Virus record (IMG/VR): IMGVR_UViG_3300047552_002926
Coordinates: 1 to 50,464 of that record
Source of the DNA: a virus
Lineage: Duplodnaviria > Caudoviricetes
DNA length: 50,464 bases
Reading direction: 5' to 3' (one strand)
The position numbers and the translations under genes are program-made. The notes under the pieces are model-generated. The model was given only the letters and a program-made list of their open reading frames with translations, did not search any database and was not told where the DNA came from. This document shows positions 30,299 to 39,390 of the stretch, in pieces (position 1 is the stretch's first letter; every line of letters starts with the position of its first letter).

Positions 30299-30383
30299 TT
30301 TTAGTGTTTGCGTTTGCGTTGATGGTCACAAGCGGTTTCCGTAGACTGCTAGATAGGAAGTTTTGACCCCCCTAGGTCTATCG
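30299..30383. other. Probable cos region
   Basis: Intergenic gap between the HNH and TerS genes with a G-run followed by TCAAAA on the minus strand; the usual location in HK97-like cos phages. Confidence 0.45.
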
Positions 30384-30683
30384 CTATGTGTTCCAGTGGT
30401 GTCCATGTCTTGTCGGCATCCCTTTGGCATCACTGCCGCTTGTAATCTTTGACCCTAGGTCTACTTGCGTCTTCTCTTTGTGGCACTCGGTGCACAGGCC
30501 TTGTCTATTGCTTGGAGATTCCTTGCCGCCCTTATATAGAGGGACGATGTGGTCAACCTCTCTAGTCATCCTGACAATCCCCTTGGCTTTGCACTTAACG
30601 CACAGTGGGTTGGCTCTCAGGACTTCCTGCCTTATGGCTTGGAGCTTCCGTCCTGTGATGCGCTTGGTCTTCTCATAGATCAT
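30384..30683 (-). CDS. Packaging-associated HNH endonuclease
   Basis: PLCVKC, EVDHIVPL..GG..N.QGLC..CH..KT motifs. Confidence 0.92.
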   Translation of the reverse strand: MIYEKTKRITGRKLQAIRQEVLRANPLCVKCKAKGIVRMTREVDHIVPLYKGGKESPSNRQGLCTECHKEKTQVDLGSKITSGSDAKGMPTRHGHHWNT

Positions 30684-31032
30684 CAGGAACCTCTTGTGGG
30701 TTGTTCCGAATGTGCATCCATCCCTCACCCGATGCCCTGCGTCTTACGACTACGAATCGAATTCCGAATCTGTCTGCTGCGGCTTGGAGTGTTCGAGTCT
30801 TGTCTTGCATGAACCAAGCCCTCGCATCGTTGAGGCTTGATTCCTCTGTCTCTATGGCAGAGCGCCTCTCCATCTTCTGAGCAGTGGCAAGTGCTGCGGT
30901 TGCGGTTCTTAGTTCCGCTACCGTGATGTTCGCCTTGGGTGATAGCCTGTCACCTTGTTTGGTTAAGAGCATCCCTCGGGCGATCTGTCTTATTGCTAGT
31001 GCATCGTTCTCGCTTGGGGTCTTCATGCTCAA
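30673..31032 (-). CDS. Hypothetical protein (possible HTH)
   Basis: ORF in the operon; TLQAAADRFGI helix pattern. Confidence 0.5.
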   Translation of the reverse strand: MSMKTPSENDALAIRQIARGMLLTKQGDRLSPKANITVAELRTATAALATAQKMERRSAIETEESSLNDARAWFMQDKTRTLQAAADRFGIRFVVVRRRASGEGWMHIRNNPQEVPDDL

Positions 31033-31046
31033 CCTCTAGGGTTTAG

Positions 31047-32276
31047 CTAGTGTGTGTGTCTTTCGTTACTTAATGACGCGAAGGTTTGTTGAGTACCTTC
31101 TAGCGTTGCGTCACCGCCTGTGAATTCTTGCCAGCGTTTCACGATCACATCGCAGTACTTACCGTCTAGCTCCATCAACCTTGACGATCTGCCGTGCTTC
31201 TCACACGCGATCATGGTTGAACCAGAGCCGCCGAATAAGTCAAGCACCACGTCTCCACCTCGGCTGCTGTTGAGTAACGGGTACTCAATGAGCGCGATTG
31301 GCTTCATGGTTGGGTGAACATCGTTTCGCTGTGGTCGGTCAAAGTTCCATACCGTTGATTGCTTGCGGTCTGTGTACCAGCGGTGGGCGGCTGTTGCCTT
31401 CCATCCATACAAGACGGGCTCATGCTGCCAGTGGTAATCCTGTCGGCCCATGACGAACTGTTGCTTTACCCACACGCAGCATTGAGCCAGCTTGAAGCCA
31501 GCCTCGACCATTGCCTTGCGGAAGTTCATTCCCTCGCTATCGGCGTGGAAGACATAAAGGCCAGCACCGTCCTTAGCGACCAAGAACATAGCTGTGTAGG
31601 CGGCAAACAGGAATTGGTAAAACGATTCAGCGCTCATGCTGTCGTTCTTGATGGTCAGCTTTTCCTCTGTGCCGCCTTCATAGGCCACGTTGTACGGCGG
31701 GTCGGTGATGATCAGATCAGCCTTGTAGCCAGCCATTAGACGCTCAACGTCCGCTGTGCTTGTGCTATCGCCACACATCACGCGATGGTCGCCACATAGC
31801 CAAACATCGCCAGCCTGTGAGATTGGCGTGTCGCTTAGTTCGGGGGCTGAGTCTTCATCGGTCAGTCCGTCCTTGGCATCTGGCTCCAGCAATGCGCCTA
31901 GCTCTTCAATGTCAAAGCCGAGCATGTCAAGGTCGAAGCCCTCTGCCTTCAAGTCGCCAAGCTCAAGTGCAAGCAACTCGTTATCCCATCCGGCGTTTTC
32001 AGCCAATCGGTTGTCAGCGATCACATAGGCGCGTTTCTGCGTCTCTGTCATGTGGGACAGCTCAATGCAAGGGACTTCAATCAGGCCGAGCTTACGAGCT
32101 GCCAAGATGCGACCATGACCAGCAATGATGCCGTTGTCGCCATCGACCAATACAGGGTTAGTCCATCCGAACTCTTTGATGCTGGAAGCGATCTGCGCTA
32201 CCTGTGCATCTGAGTGAGTGCGTGAATTCCGACAATAGGGAATCAGGCTCTCAATGGTTCTGTTTGTGACTTGCAT
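31047..32276 (-). CDS. ParB-N fused DNA methyltransferase (N6/N4 class)
   Basis: ParB-like N-terminus (IIAGHGR), DPPY, HPTMKP and LDLFGGSGST motifs. Confidence 0.93.
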   Translation of the reverse strand: MQVTNRTIESLIPYCRNSRTHSDAQVAQIASSIKEFGWTNPVLVDGDNGIIAGHGRILAARKLGLIEVPCIELSHMTETQKRAYVIADNRLAENAGWDNELLALELGDLKAEGFDLDMLGFDIEELGALLEPDAKDGLTDEDSAPELSDTPISQAGDVWLCGDHRVMCGDSTSTADVERLMAGYKADLIITDPPYNVAYEGGTEEKLTIKNDSMSAESFYQFLFAAYTAMFLVAKDGAGLYVFHADSEGMNFRKAMVEAGFKLAQCCVWVKQQFVMGRQDYHWQHEPVLYGWKATAAHRWYTDRKQSTVWNFDRPQRNDVHPTMKPIALIEYPLLNSSRGGDVVLDLFGGSGSTMIACEKHGRSSRLMELDGKYCDVIVKRWQEFTGGDATLEGTQQTFASLSNERHTH

Positions 32277-32710
32277 CGTGGCGCAGCTTTGGAGATTTGG
32301 GAAGCTGACGTATCAGCGGCTAGACCTTTGAATGCAAAACTGCACATTGCCCTGTTGGGCGCTTGGTGTGGTCTAGGCTGTCACCCAAAGAAAACCCGCC
32401 GCGACATTGCTATCGGGCGGGGGTATTGGCTCCAGCGCTTTCAGCAGGAATGCTTGTCAGGCTCTACCCTGCTTGCTCCAGAAACACAAAAGCCCGAAGC
32501 GCTTTAATTCTTCGGGCTTTCTATCGGGCGCACTTCGACTGCCGCAAAGCATCGAAGGCACAAGACGCGGTGTCAGGGAGGCGTTCAGTATAGGTGCGAT
32601 TTTTCAATTCGTTAAACGCCTACCCAATAAAAGCAAAGAATCTTAAAAATTCTTTTCATCTCGATACAAGCATGGCAAATTTAGACGACTTCCCAATAAA
32701 GGTTATTTGT

Positions 32711-32956
32711 ATGAAATTCAATGATGCGGTCGAAATGATGAAGTGTAAAAGTGGCTACCTTTCAGTCTTACCCTGTCTTTCCGATTCGGGCATGGAAAAG
32801 CTGTTTAGGCTAAAAAGCCTAGAAACTCTGCACCAAATTGAAATTCTGGCCGATCTACTTCTCGAAGGGAAAAGGCTATTTATTTGGAATAACCAGTTTT
32901 TTACAGAGCTACTAGAAGATGATTTCGAATGGCTAGAAAGCTCCCTAAACATCTAA
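32711..32956 (+). CDS. Hypothetical protein (counter-oriented moron)
   Basis: AT-rich ORF convergent with the Q-like gene. Confidence 0.45.
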   Translation: MKFNDAVEMMKCKSGYLSVLPCLSDSGMEKLFRLKSLETLHQIEILADLLLEGKRLFIWNNQFFTELLEDDFEWLESSLNI

Positions 32957-32957
32957 A

Positions 32958-33359
32958 TCACGCACTTGTGTTCATTGTTGCTGTCGGTCCGTGGCATCGC
33001 CAGTTGTTGTCAAACATCCGAACGCCAGCCAAGAAGGTCTCTGCCCATGTCCTTGGTGATAGTTTGTAAGACCGACGAATTGCATCTGGTGGTAAGCGCT
33101 GAGGAATGTAGGACGCATGAAGCACTCGGCGGTATTGAATCGGCACAAGGTTCAATGTGCGCTGAACATCCATTGCGCGAAAGTCTGCGATAAACGGCTC
33201 CATTGGCTCATCTTCGCTCCACATGGGCGGTGCGCGGTACTTATGCTCGATGGACGCGCAGTGCTGCTTTTTGTATCTGTCTTGCGCCCAACACCCATAT
33301 TGGTAGAGAAGTCGGTCGGCTTGTTTCAAATCATCGGGCACTCGTTTCGTGGCTGTCAT
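32958..33359 (-). CDS. Putative late-gene antiterminator (Q-like)
   Basis: LLYQYGCWA N-terminus and helical C-terminus; last gene of the nin block, before the late operon. Confidence 0.55.
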   Translation of the reverse strand: MTATKRVPDDLKQADRLLYQYGCWAQDRYKKQHCASIEHKYRAPPMWSEDEPMEPFIADFRAMDVQRTLNLVPIQYRRVLHASYIPQRLPPDAIRRSYKLSPRTWAETFLAGVRMFDNNWRCHGPTATMNTSA

Positions 33360-33556
33360 TGGCTAACCTTTAATTTAAAACTTTTACAACGCTTGAAGCA
33401 GATTCGGTTGGTCAGGTTGCAGACGCTTACCGTCTCGATTGCAAACTCCATCGTCAATTTGTGTTTGCAGTCAGCGCATGATTTGTTGAGTGCTTGTTGC
33501 TGCTTGCGCTCTAGAACCCGCTCTGGGTTTCCGTATTGCCATGCGTCAAAGGCCAT
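33356..33556 (-). CDS. Small Cys-rich hypothetical protein
   Basis: YGNPERVLE and CADCKH motifs; overlaps both neighbours. Confidence 0.6.
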   Translation of the reverse strand: MAFDAWQYGNPERVLERKQQQALNKSCADCKHKLTMEFAIETVSVCNLTNRICFKRCKSFKLKVSQ

Positions 33557-34118
33557 GTGAGACCTTTAGTTGCTTTGTCATTGATCGGTACTCGGCGGTT
33601 AGGGTCTTGAGCCCTTCGCTGGTGTACTTTCTAAGCACTTGGTCAGATTCAAGCGAATCAAGGCGAGTCAATCCGATGCGGGTAAACAGGCCACGGCGGT
33701 ACTCCACAGCATTACCAGACAGGTACAGGTTGCATTTTTTGCACTGTCCGTGAGCGTTGTCTTCATGGAATCGAAGGTGCGGAGCGCTACCCACTGAGCG
33801 ATAGTGACCACAATCGAAGCTGCCGCCCAGAGCCTCACGCGCCAGCGGAACCCCGCATGAAATGCAGGGCTGGTTAGCGTCACGGGCACGGATGAACTGG
33901 TTAAAAGCCACTTGAGCCTTCTTCATCCAATCCGAGCGAGTCAAGATTGCTTCTTTGCGCTCTTTTAGGGTTTTGGCCTCTGCCTTCTTGCGGTCATCAA
34001 ATGACTTGAGCAATGCCAGCGACTTAGCGCACTCGATGCCACAGACTTTTTGAAGTGGTCGAACCTTTGTGTACTCGGTACCGCAATGCTTGCACTTGTG
34101 CTGCTTGGTGGGCTTCAT
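33546..34118 (-). CDS. ninG: NinG/Rap-like endonuclease
   Basis: AQ.AFN.FIRARD..PCISCG..DCGHYRSVGSAPHLRF.E.N.HGQC..CN pattern. Confidence 0.92.
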   Translation of the reverse strand: MKPTKQHKCKHCGTEYTKVRPLQKVCGIECAKSLALLKSFDDRKKAEAKTLKERKEAILTRSDWMKKAQVAFNQFIRARDANQPCISCGVPLAREALGGSFDCGHYRSVGSAPHLRFHEDNAHGQCKKCNLYLSGNAVEYRRGLFTRIGLTRLDSLESDQVLRKYTSEGLKTLTAEYRSMTKQLKVSHGL

Positions 34119-34525
34119 GCAGCCATCCGTTCATCACGGTAGACGGTCACGCCGCGAAGTGCAGCAGTAGCAATCAAAAATTCAATCCACTCGCTGAATT
34201 TCTTTTTGCCAAACTGACTTGTGCGCTGCCCAAGCATCACCACGCCGCCATCCAGCCCCATTGCTAGACGAGCTGTCTCACGTTGGAATGCGGCGGTTAG
34301 AACATCTTTCCACTCGTCAGGCTGCATCTTTACCATCTGACCATTGACGGGCCATTCAAGCTGCTTGCTGAATGCGTCTAGGTAAGGCCACTGTGCAGCG
34401 TTTTGCTCCACTGTGCGCCCACCTTCGAACAAAGACATAAACCAGCCATCAGGCGCTTGCATAGCTGCTTGCGCAGCGTTTTGACGGACGTGGGCGGTTG
34501 ATAGGCAATAGACCTGCTTAGTCAT
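34115..34525 (-). CDS. ninB: NinB/Orf recombination protein
   Basis: RTVEQNA, EWKDVLTAA and GGVVMLGQRTS motifs. Confidence 0.9.
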   Translation of the reverse strand: MTKQVYCLSTAHVRQNAAQAAMQAPDGWFMSLFEGGRTVEQNAAQWPYLDAFSKQLEWPVNGQMVKMQPDEWKDVLTAAFQRETARLAMGLDGGVVMLGQRTSQFGKKKFSEWIEFLIATAALRGVTVYRDERMAA

Positions 34526-34695
34526 AGTCCACCTCGATGCAGGTAATTGGTGTGTTGGTAAACAGAATCCGAAAGTGACCGAATCCAAATGAGCCAAGGA
34601 TTGCAAGTACGCAAATCGTCACGCCGATTGCTGCGAAAGTGTTTTTAATCATGATGCCCACCCTTCTCGCATTGCCACGACTTGCTCAGATTCAC

Positions 34696-34911
34696 TCAAA
34701 GGCGTTTCGTCTGCATCTGGCTTACGCACTTCAAAACATCCTCGCGTGAGGGTGAGCCCTCGTGTCTGGCTATGCAGGTCAGCATTGCCTTCGCCTTGGC
34801 CTTGTCGGGTGTCGTAGCTAACACCAGCCGCGCACAGCATTGAAGGCAAGTCATTGCGTACAGACCCGAGTGCTTTCGTTTGTTGGCTTCGTTGCATGGT
34901 TTGCATGTCAA
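34696..34911 (-). CDS. Small Cys-rich hypothetical protein
   Basis: CKPC..CLQCCARL; ATGA overlap with the replication gene. Confidence 0.55.
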   Translation of the reverse strand: MTCKPCNEANKRKHSGLYAMTCLQCCARLVLATTPDKAKAKAMLTCIARHEGSPSREDVLKCVSQMQTKRL

Positions 34912-35828
34912 TGAGCCCTCCCTGTGGTGATTTGTTGAATCTTTTGACGAACGTGAGCTGGCATCGGAACGGCCAATTCAGCATCACGTTTAATTTTTTC
35001 GAGAGCCTGATCTGGCTCGTTTGAACTTGGAACGGTGGTGTGAATCACATCGCCCTTCATCGGCGAGGCAGTCGAACTGACCAGCCACGAAGCATCCAAG
35101 CCCTGAGAACCCCTGCGGCACCATGTCTGCAAAAAGTCCTCAAGCGACATTCCGGCCTTCACAGACTCAGCCCTTGCGCCTTTGAGCACAGTGGCAGTCA
35201 CGGGTGCGGACTTTGATTTTCTGAGTTGAAGCCAATCGCTCCATGTCTGCGAATCAACGTCTTCCGGCTTTTCAATTGAAGCGGGTGGTGCGCTGCGCTT
35301 GCGCGGCGCTATTTCTTTATCTACTGGTACTGGTACTGGTACTGGTACTGGTGTCGCGCTCCCATGTGACACTGGTGTCTGTCCTACGTCTGTCCCGTGG
35401 GACATTTGCCCAAGCATGCGGGACTCTTCGTCGCGTCTCTCTGTGTCCTTCATCTTTCGATAGTCGGCCTTGCGTTGAGCCTCAGATGTGCGCTTGCCGA
35501 GCATCAGCAATACGCTCTCTGCAATCGTGTCGTGATAAAGGCGACCATCATCAGCAAGCCACCACCCACGCAACAGGATTGATTTGTTCTTTTCAAAGAA
35601 CTTTTTAGTGATGCCAAGACGGGCAATCAATATCTCTTCTTCGCTTGGGAGGCTTCCGCATGGGGTTTGCGACCATGCTGTCGTCCACACCATTAGTAGC
35701 CACGGGCGAACATCAAGAGCAGCCAATGCCCATGTGTCAGATTGCTGGATGCGTTCAATGTCAAGCTCAAATCGCCATCCCTTGCACTTGGTGTCAATGG
35801 CATAAGGCACAGGATTTGGAGTGGTCAT
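34908..35828 (-). CDS. Replication initiator-like protein
   Basis: W.QTPCGSLP N-terminal domain, PVPV linker, W.DWLQLRKSK.AP.T C-terminal domain; position of lambda O. Confidence 0.75.
   Translation of the reverse strand: MTTPNPVPYAIDTKCKGWRFELDIERIQQSDTWALAALDVRPWLLMVWTTAWSQTPCGSLPSEEEILIARLGITKKFFEKNKSILLRGWWLADDGRLYHDTIAESVLLMLGKRTSEAQRKADYRKMKDTERRDEESRMLGQMSHGTDVGQTPVSHGSATPVPVPVPVPVDKEIAPRKRSAPPASIEKPEDVDSQTWSDWLQLRKSKSAPVTATVLKGARAESVKAGMSLEDFLQTWCRRGSQGLDASWLVSSTASPMKGDVIHTTVPSSNEPDQALEKIKRDAELAVPMPAHVRQKIQQITTGRAH
35322..35404. repeat. (TACTGG)5 repeat and iteron-like palindromes; candidate origin
   Basis: Hexamer repeat at 35322-35351; TGTCCC-GT-GGGACA at 35391-35404, with related sequences in between. 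Confidence 0.55.
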
Positions 35829-36034
35829 GCAATAACCCCCTGCTGTAATTCGCTTTTAGCGCGAGCAGTCGCATGAGCCATCACAACGCAAGCAAACATG
35901 GACTCTTTTATCTGGTCGCTACCAGACCTAAAATCCGTCAGCAACTGCTTCATGGCTTGCTCGGTTCTCATCGTTGAAATTCGACGCTGATAAAGCTCAT
36001 TGCACTCGGCAATCATTTTTTGAGACTTATTCAT
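35825..36034 (-). CDS. Hypothetical protein
   Basis: ATGA overlap with the replication gene. Confidence 0.55.
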   Translation of the reverse strand: MNKSQKMIAECNELYQRRISTMRTEQAMKQLLTDFRSGSDQIKESMFACVVMAHATARAKSELQQGVIA

Positions 36035-36665
36035 GGCAACCCTTACCTGCGACTGTCCACATTGCGGAACAAAGAAATCTGGCTTTTCTATCCATGGAAC
36101 TTCCGCTAGAAGTCATATCAATCAACAGATATGGCACTCCACCTATGTTTGCAACCACTGCGGCATGGCGGTTCTTGTTACTACAGCGGGAAGCAGCAAC
36201 TCGAATCCTGCGCAGCAATTGGGCGACTTGCTGCAAATAAATAGCTTGATTCAAATAGTTCCAGCACCTGAGAAGATTGAGGCACCAGATCACCTTCCGG
36301 ACGCAGTACGCAACGCATTTATTGAGGGATGTGAAATACTGAAAATATCTCCAAGCATGGCAACCACATCTTTCAGAAAGTCCCTTGAGCTGGGTCTTAA
36401 AGACCTCTCGCCAGAGATTGATGCATGGAAACTTGAAAAACGCATCGACAGAATGGCTGAGAAGGGGCTGCTCACGAACGACCTTAAAGAGTGGGCTCAC
36501 CATCTTCGACTCGATGGAAACGAGGCCACCCATGAGGGTGAAGTGGATGCGAGCAAACAGGCACTCATTGCGAAAGCTATATCCACCCGTGAATTGACTA
36601 AGTTCGTGCTGACCTACTTGTTCACTCTTCCGGGACAAATTAAAGCCGCGCGCTCTGTTGAGTAA
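36033..36665 (+). CDS. Zn-ribbon + DUF4145 (HEPN-like) protein
   Basis: CPHC/CNHC pairs; RKSLE, LEKRID.M and WAHHLRLDGNEATH motifs. Confidence 0.8.
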   Translation: MATLTCDCPHCGTKKSGFSIHGTSARSHINQQIWHSTYVCNHCGMAVLVTTAGSSNSNPAQQLGDLLQINSLIQIVPAPEKIEAPDHLPDAVRNAFIEGCEILKISPSMATTSFRKSLELGLKDLSPEIDAWKLEKRIDRMAEKGLLTNDLKEWAHHLRLDGNEATHEGEVDASKQALIAKAISTRELTKFVLTYLFTLPGQIKAARSVE

Positions 36666-36709
36666 AGGCGCACGCAGAACAGCGCAACCATTGATACTGA
36701 GGGCGCGAT

Positions 36710-37009
36710 TCACACCGCCTCCCAAACGCGCTCAGGACGACCAGAAGCGGTCTTGCGCGTGTCACCTGTGGTGCGAATTAGTCCGTCACGGCTCAACTCG
36801 CTGGTTCGCTTGCGTACTTGGTAAGCGTCTAACTTGGTAACTGCTGCGATCTGCTCTGCGCCAGCCTTTGTAAAGCGGCGAAGCGCTGACAAGATCAGCT
36901 GTTGCTGTGACTTGCCAAACTCTTTGGCCCGAGCTGCTGCCTCATGGCTTGTCGCTGGGTCACTTTTACGAGCGAGGTGTGACGGTTGGAACTCCATAGA
37001 CATTTGCAT
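36710..37009 (-). CDS. Winged-HTH protein
   Basis: ARKSDPATSHEAA and RKRTSEL...GLI..TG..R....GR...VW motifs. Confidence 0.75.
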   Translation of the reverse strand: MQMSMEFQPSHLARKSDPATSHEAAARAKEFGKSQQQLILSALRRFTKAGAEQIAAVTKLDAYQVRKRTSELSRDGLIRTTGDTRKTASGRPERVWEAV

Positions 37010-37135
37010 ATCAATCCTTCGCTGTTTGTTCAGCAATAGCACCCTGCACCAAGGGCGCATTTCTCTGTGATGTTTTCCATGCGATGAACTGAGCCAACGA
37101 TGGGGCGACTATTTGGGGCGGCATGTGTTTCACAG

Positions 37136-37327
37136 TTATTCCTCTCCACTAAAAATTCGGTTGTAGATTTCAGGCTTTGGCACAACATCAGCAAAGACGT
37201 TCAAAGTGCCTTTATTGACATATTCAGAAAAGCGTTCACACGCGACCTTGTTGACTTCGCATGACTTAAGGCTGATGCACCCATAGGCAACGCAGGGTGA
37301 CTTGCGAACTGAGTCAATCGCTTTCAC
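37136..37327 (-). CDS. Hypothetical protein
   Basis: Cys-containing ORF overlapping the end of the CII-like gene. Confidence 0.45.
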   Translation of the reverse strand: MKAIDSVRKSPCVAYGCISLKSCEVNKVACERFSEYVNKGTLNVFADVVPKPEIYNRIFSGEE

Positions 37328-37695
37328 GATCCGCCGCCTAACATCACTCGACGAAGTGCTGCGTTTTCTTCTTTAAGCAATCTGTTCTGCTTCTCGATCT
37401 CGCTTTCCAGCTTGCGAACGCTGTGCAGGTCATATCCGCGCTGGTGAAGCATCCAGAGCAATGGGGCATCGTTTCCGCACACATCCATAAGCGCCATGAA
37501 CTTGGGCCATACAACGCCCTCGGTGCCTGAGTGCCAGCGACTGAACTGGGCCTTATCGACTCCAAGAGCCTGTTGCAACGTCTTGTCCAGCGAATGCCCT
37601 GCTACCTTCGCGCAAAGCTCGATGGAGCCGCCCAAAGTCTTCTCGCGCATAACTTCCTCTGGCTTAACTTCGTTTGGTATTGATACTTGGTTCAT
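37324..37695 (-). CDS. CII-like transcriptional regulator
   Basis: HTH LQQALGVDKAQFSRW; CGNDAPL; C-terminal coiled coil; downstream of cro. Confidence 0.7.
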   Translation of the reverse strand: MNQVSIPNEVKPEEVMREKTLGGSIELCAKVAGHSLDKTLQQALGVDKAQFSRWHSGTEGVVWPKFMALMDVCGNDAPLLWMLHQRGYDLHSVRKLESEIEKQNRLLKEENAALRRVMLGGGS

Positions 37696-37768
37696 GCAGT
37701 CTCTCAACTTGGTTGTGCGCTGTTGTGTGGCTTAAATAGACAAAAAAAACGATGATTGATTTATGAAA

Positions 37769-37951
37769 TCAGCCAACCAACTCGCCAATCAACTCGTTCT
37801 GAGCCTCAAGGAAGTCATGGGCGAAATGCGCGTGGGCATCGCTCATTGGTGGATACGGATTAACAGCAACAGCGCCCGTACCGATAGCTGCACTTTCGGC
37901 AGCTGCACGGGCGAGGTTGCGAATGTGGTCGCGGGAGATGACTTCGAACAT
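37769..37951 (-). CDS. Hypothetical protein
   Basis: Abuts the cro stop; NPYP motif. Confidence 0.5.
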   Translation of the reverse strand: MFEVISRDHIRNLARAAAESAAIGTGAVAVNPYPPMSDAHAHFAHDFLEAQNELIGELVG

Positions 37952-38161
37952 TTAGATAGCCCTCGCCTTTTTGGATTTAGAAGCCTTGCTGAACTTTTTG
38001 TGAAGCTCGTGAATAGCTTGACCAAGCGCGAATCTCGGCTCCGTAGATTTGCCCGTGGACAAATCGCTGATAGTTGCCTGAGCGCACCCACAGGCGGCGG
38101 CAATTTGTGGCTGTGTAACGCCGAAGGATTGAAGTTCGGAAATGATTTTTTTGAAGCTCAT
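37952..38161 (-). CDS. cro: Cro-like repressor
   Basis: 69-aa HTH (TQPQIAAACGCAQATISDL..G...EPR), divergent from cI. Confidence 0.85.
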   Translation of the reverse strand: MSFKKIISELQSFGVTQPQIAAACGCAQATISDLSTGKSTEPRFALGQAIHELHKKFSKASKSKKARAI

Positions 38162-38167
38162 ACCGAA

Positions 38168-38196
38168 ACTATAACGGTTATCCGTTATTACGTCAA
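38168..38196 (-). promoter_or_regulatory. PR promoter with overlapping operator
   Basis: TTGACG-17bp-TATAGT on the minus strand, 6 nt before the cro ATG; perfect palindrome ATAACGG-TTAT-CCGTTAT at 38171-38188. Confidence 0.8.
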
Positions 38197-38233
38197 ACGG
38201 TTTTTTGATACCCGTTTTTAGTAAGGTACGGAT

Positions 38234-38701
38234 ATGGCTACCGAATACGGAAAAAGACTGAAGCAAGCAAGAACTAATGCGGGACTAACGCAGGAGGCTG
38301 CTTCAAAAAAAACAGGCATTAGCCAAAGCACTATCTCAACTGCTGAGCGCCTAGGTAATGGATCGGCTGAGAATCATGCTTACGCAATTGCTTATGGCGT
38401 AAGCCCGATTTGGCTCGCTACTGGCGAGGGGCCAATGCACTACGAAGCCGGAAGCGTAAGTGTTGAACGCCCTTCACCTACGGTGGCTGTGGCGTTAGAT
38501 GCGATAGAGGATGCTTGTGAAAAGCTAAATCAAGAGCAGCGCAAAGAACTCGGCTCTCTGTTGGCCATGTTCGTAGCCAATCCACGCGAATCGATCAAAC
38601 AAGTCATTCTTGAAACGCTTTGTTCGGTAGCGAACAAACCCTCGGAACACACTTCCCACTTAACTAAAAATAGCCAAGAAAAATTTTTGAAAAAGGGTTA
38701 A
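38234..38701 (+). CDS. cI: CI-like repressor without an S24 autopeptidase domain
   Basis: XRE HTH RLKQAR..AGLTQ..ASKKTGISQSTIS..E, followed by GVSPIWLATGEG. Confidence 0.85.
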   Translation: MATEYGKRLKQARTNAGLTQEAASKKTGISQSTISTAERLGNGSAENHAYAIAYGVSPIWLATGEGPMHYEAGSVSVERPSPTVAVALDAIEDACEKLNQEQRKELGSLLAMFVANPRESIKQVILETLCSVANKPSEHTSHLTKNSQEKFLKKG

Positions 38702-38831
38702 TCTCCCGAAACGTCTATTTGTTTAGACCAATGTCAAAGAATGAGCAGGAAAGTAACCAGCTCGTTTTTTTTGGGTTTTAAATTAACTTTTTTCGTAAAT
38801 TTATTAATTTAATTATTTAAAAGGGATTCTT

Positions 38832-39218
38832 ATGGTTCGATCTATCTTCGCCTCTGTTTTGTTGGCGGCACTTCTTTTAAGTGGGTGCGCATTGCAGCCA
38901 CCATCAAAAGAAGCGCTTGCAAATGCAGATTACGGAAAGTTTCCAAATGACTACGAGCAGATCGTAAAAAGTCATTACGCACGAAGACTTAAAGACCCAG
39001 AGTCGGTGATTTACAAGGGGATCACATACCCAAGCACATTTTTTCTTGGGTCAAGATTCGATGGAGACACCTATGGGTATCTAACTTGCGCCACCTTGAA
39101 TGCAAAAAATTCATATGGTGGATATATCGGGTACAAAACTGATGCCTTGATTATCAGGAACGGTGTGGTGGTGATGCGAATTGATGATGCTTACTGGTTC
39201 GGGAAGAGGCTTTGTTGA
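38832..39218 (+). CDS. Lipoprotein (possible superinfection exclusion)
   Basis: Lipobox LLSGC; LKDPES and NAKNSYGGY.G motifs; downstream of cI. Confidence 0.8.
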   Translation: MVRSIFASVLLAALLLSGCALQPPSKEALANADYGKFPNDYEQIVKSHYARRLKDPESVIYKGITYPSTFFLGSRFDGDTYGYLTCATLNAKNSYGGYIGYKTDALIIRNGVVVMRIDDAYWFGKRLC

Positions 39219-39291
39219 ATCGCATGGCTGCCAAACTAAAAGCCCCTCATTAGGTTTGAATAAATTTGCCCTCTGACCTGTCATAACAACC

Positions 39292-39317
39292 AAATCCCGC
39301 TTCGGCGGGTTTTTTTT
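39292..39317 (+). terminator. Terminator of the cI operon
   Basis: CCCGC-TTCG-GCGGG hairpin followed by T8. Confidence 0.85.
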
Positions 39318-39354
39318 CGCCCCGACATCAAGGCTTGAGCAAATTAAGGCAAAT

Positions 39355-39390
39355 ATAACGCTTGACCGATAACGGATTACCGTTTATATT
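39355..39390 (+). promoter_or_regulatory. PL promoter with two operator copies
   Basis: TTGACC-17bp-TATATT; ATAACGC-TTGA-CCGATAA (39355-72) and ATAACGG-ATTA-CCGTTTA (39369-86) resemble the PR operator. Confidence 0.8.

Noticed and set aside
31047-32276. Methyltransferase as part of a restriction-modification system
   Set aside because: No cognate endonuclease nearby; the HNH gene is the packaging type, and orphan ParB-methyltransferases are common near terminase genes
32280-32600. Possible tRNA in the late leader
   Set aside because: Hairpins are present, but I found no cloverleaf with a T-loop consensus
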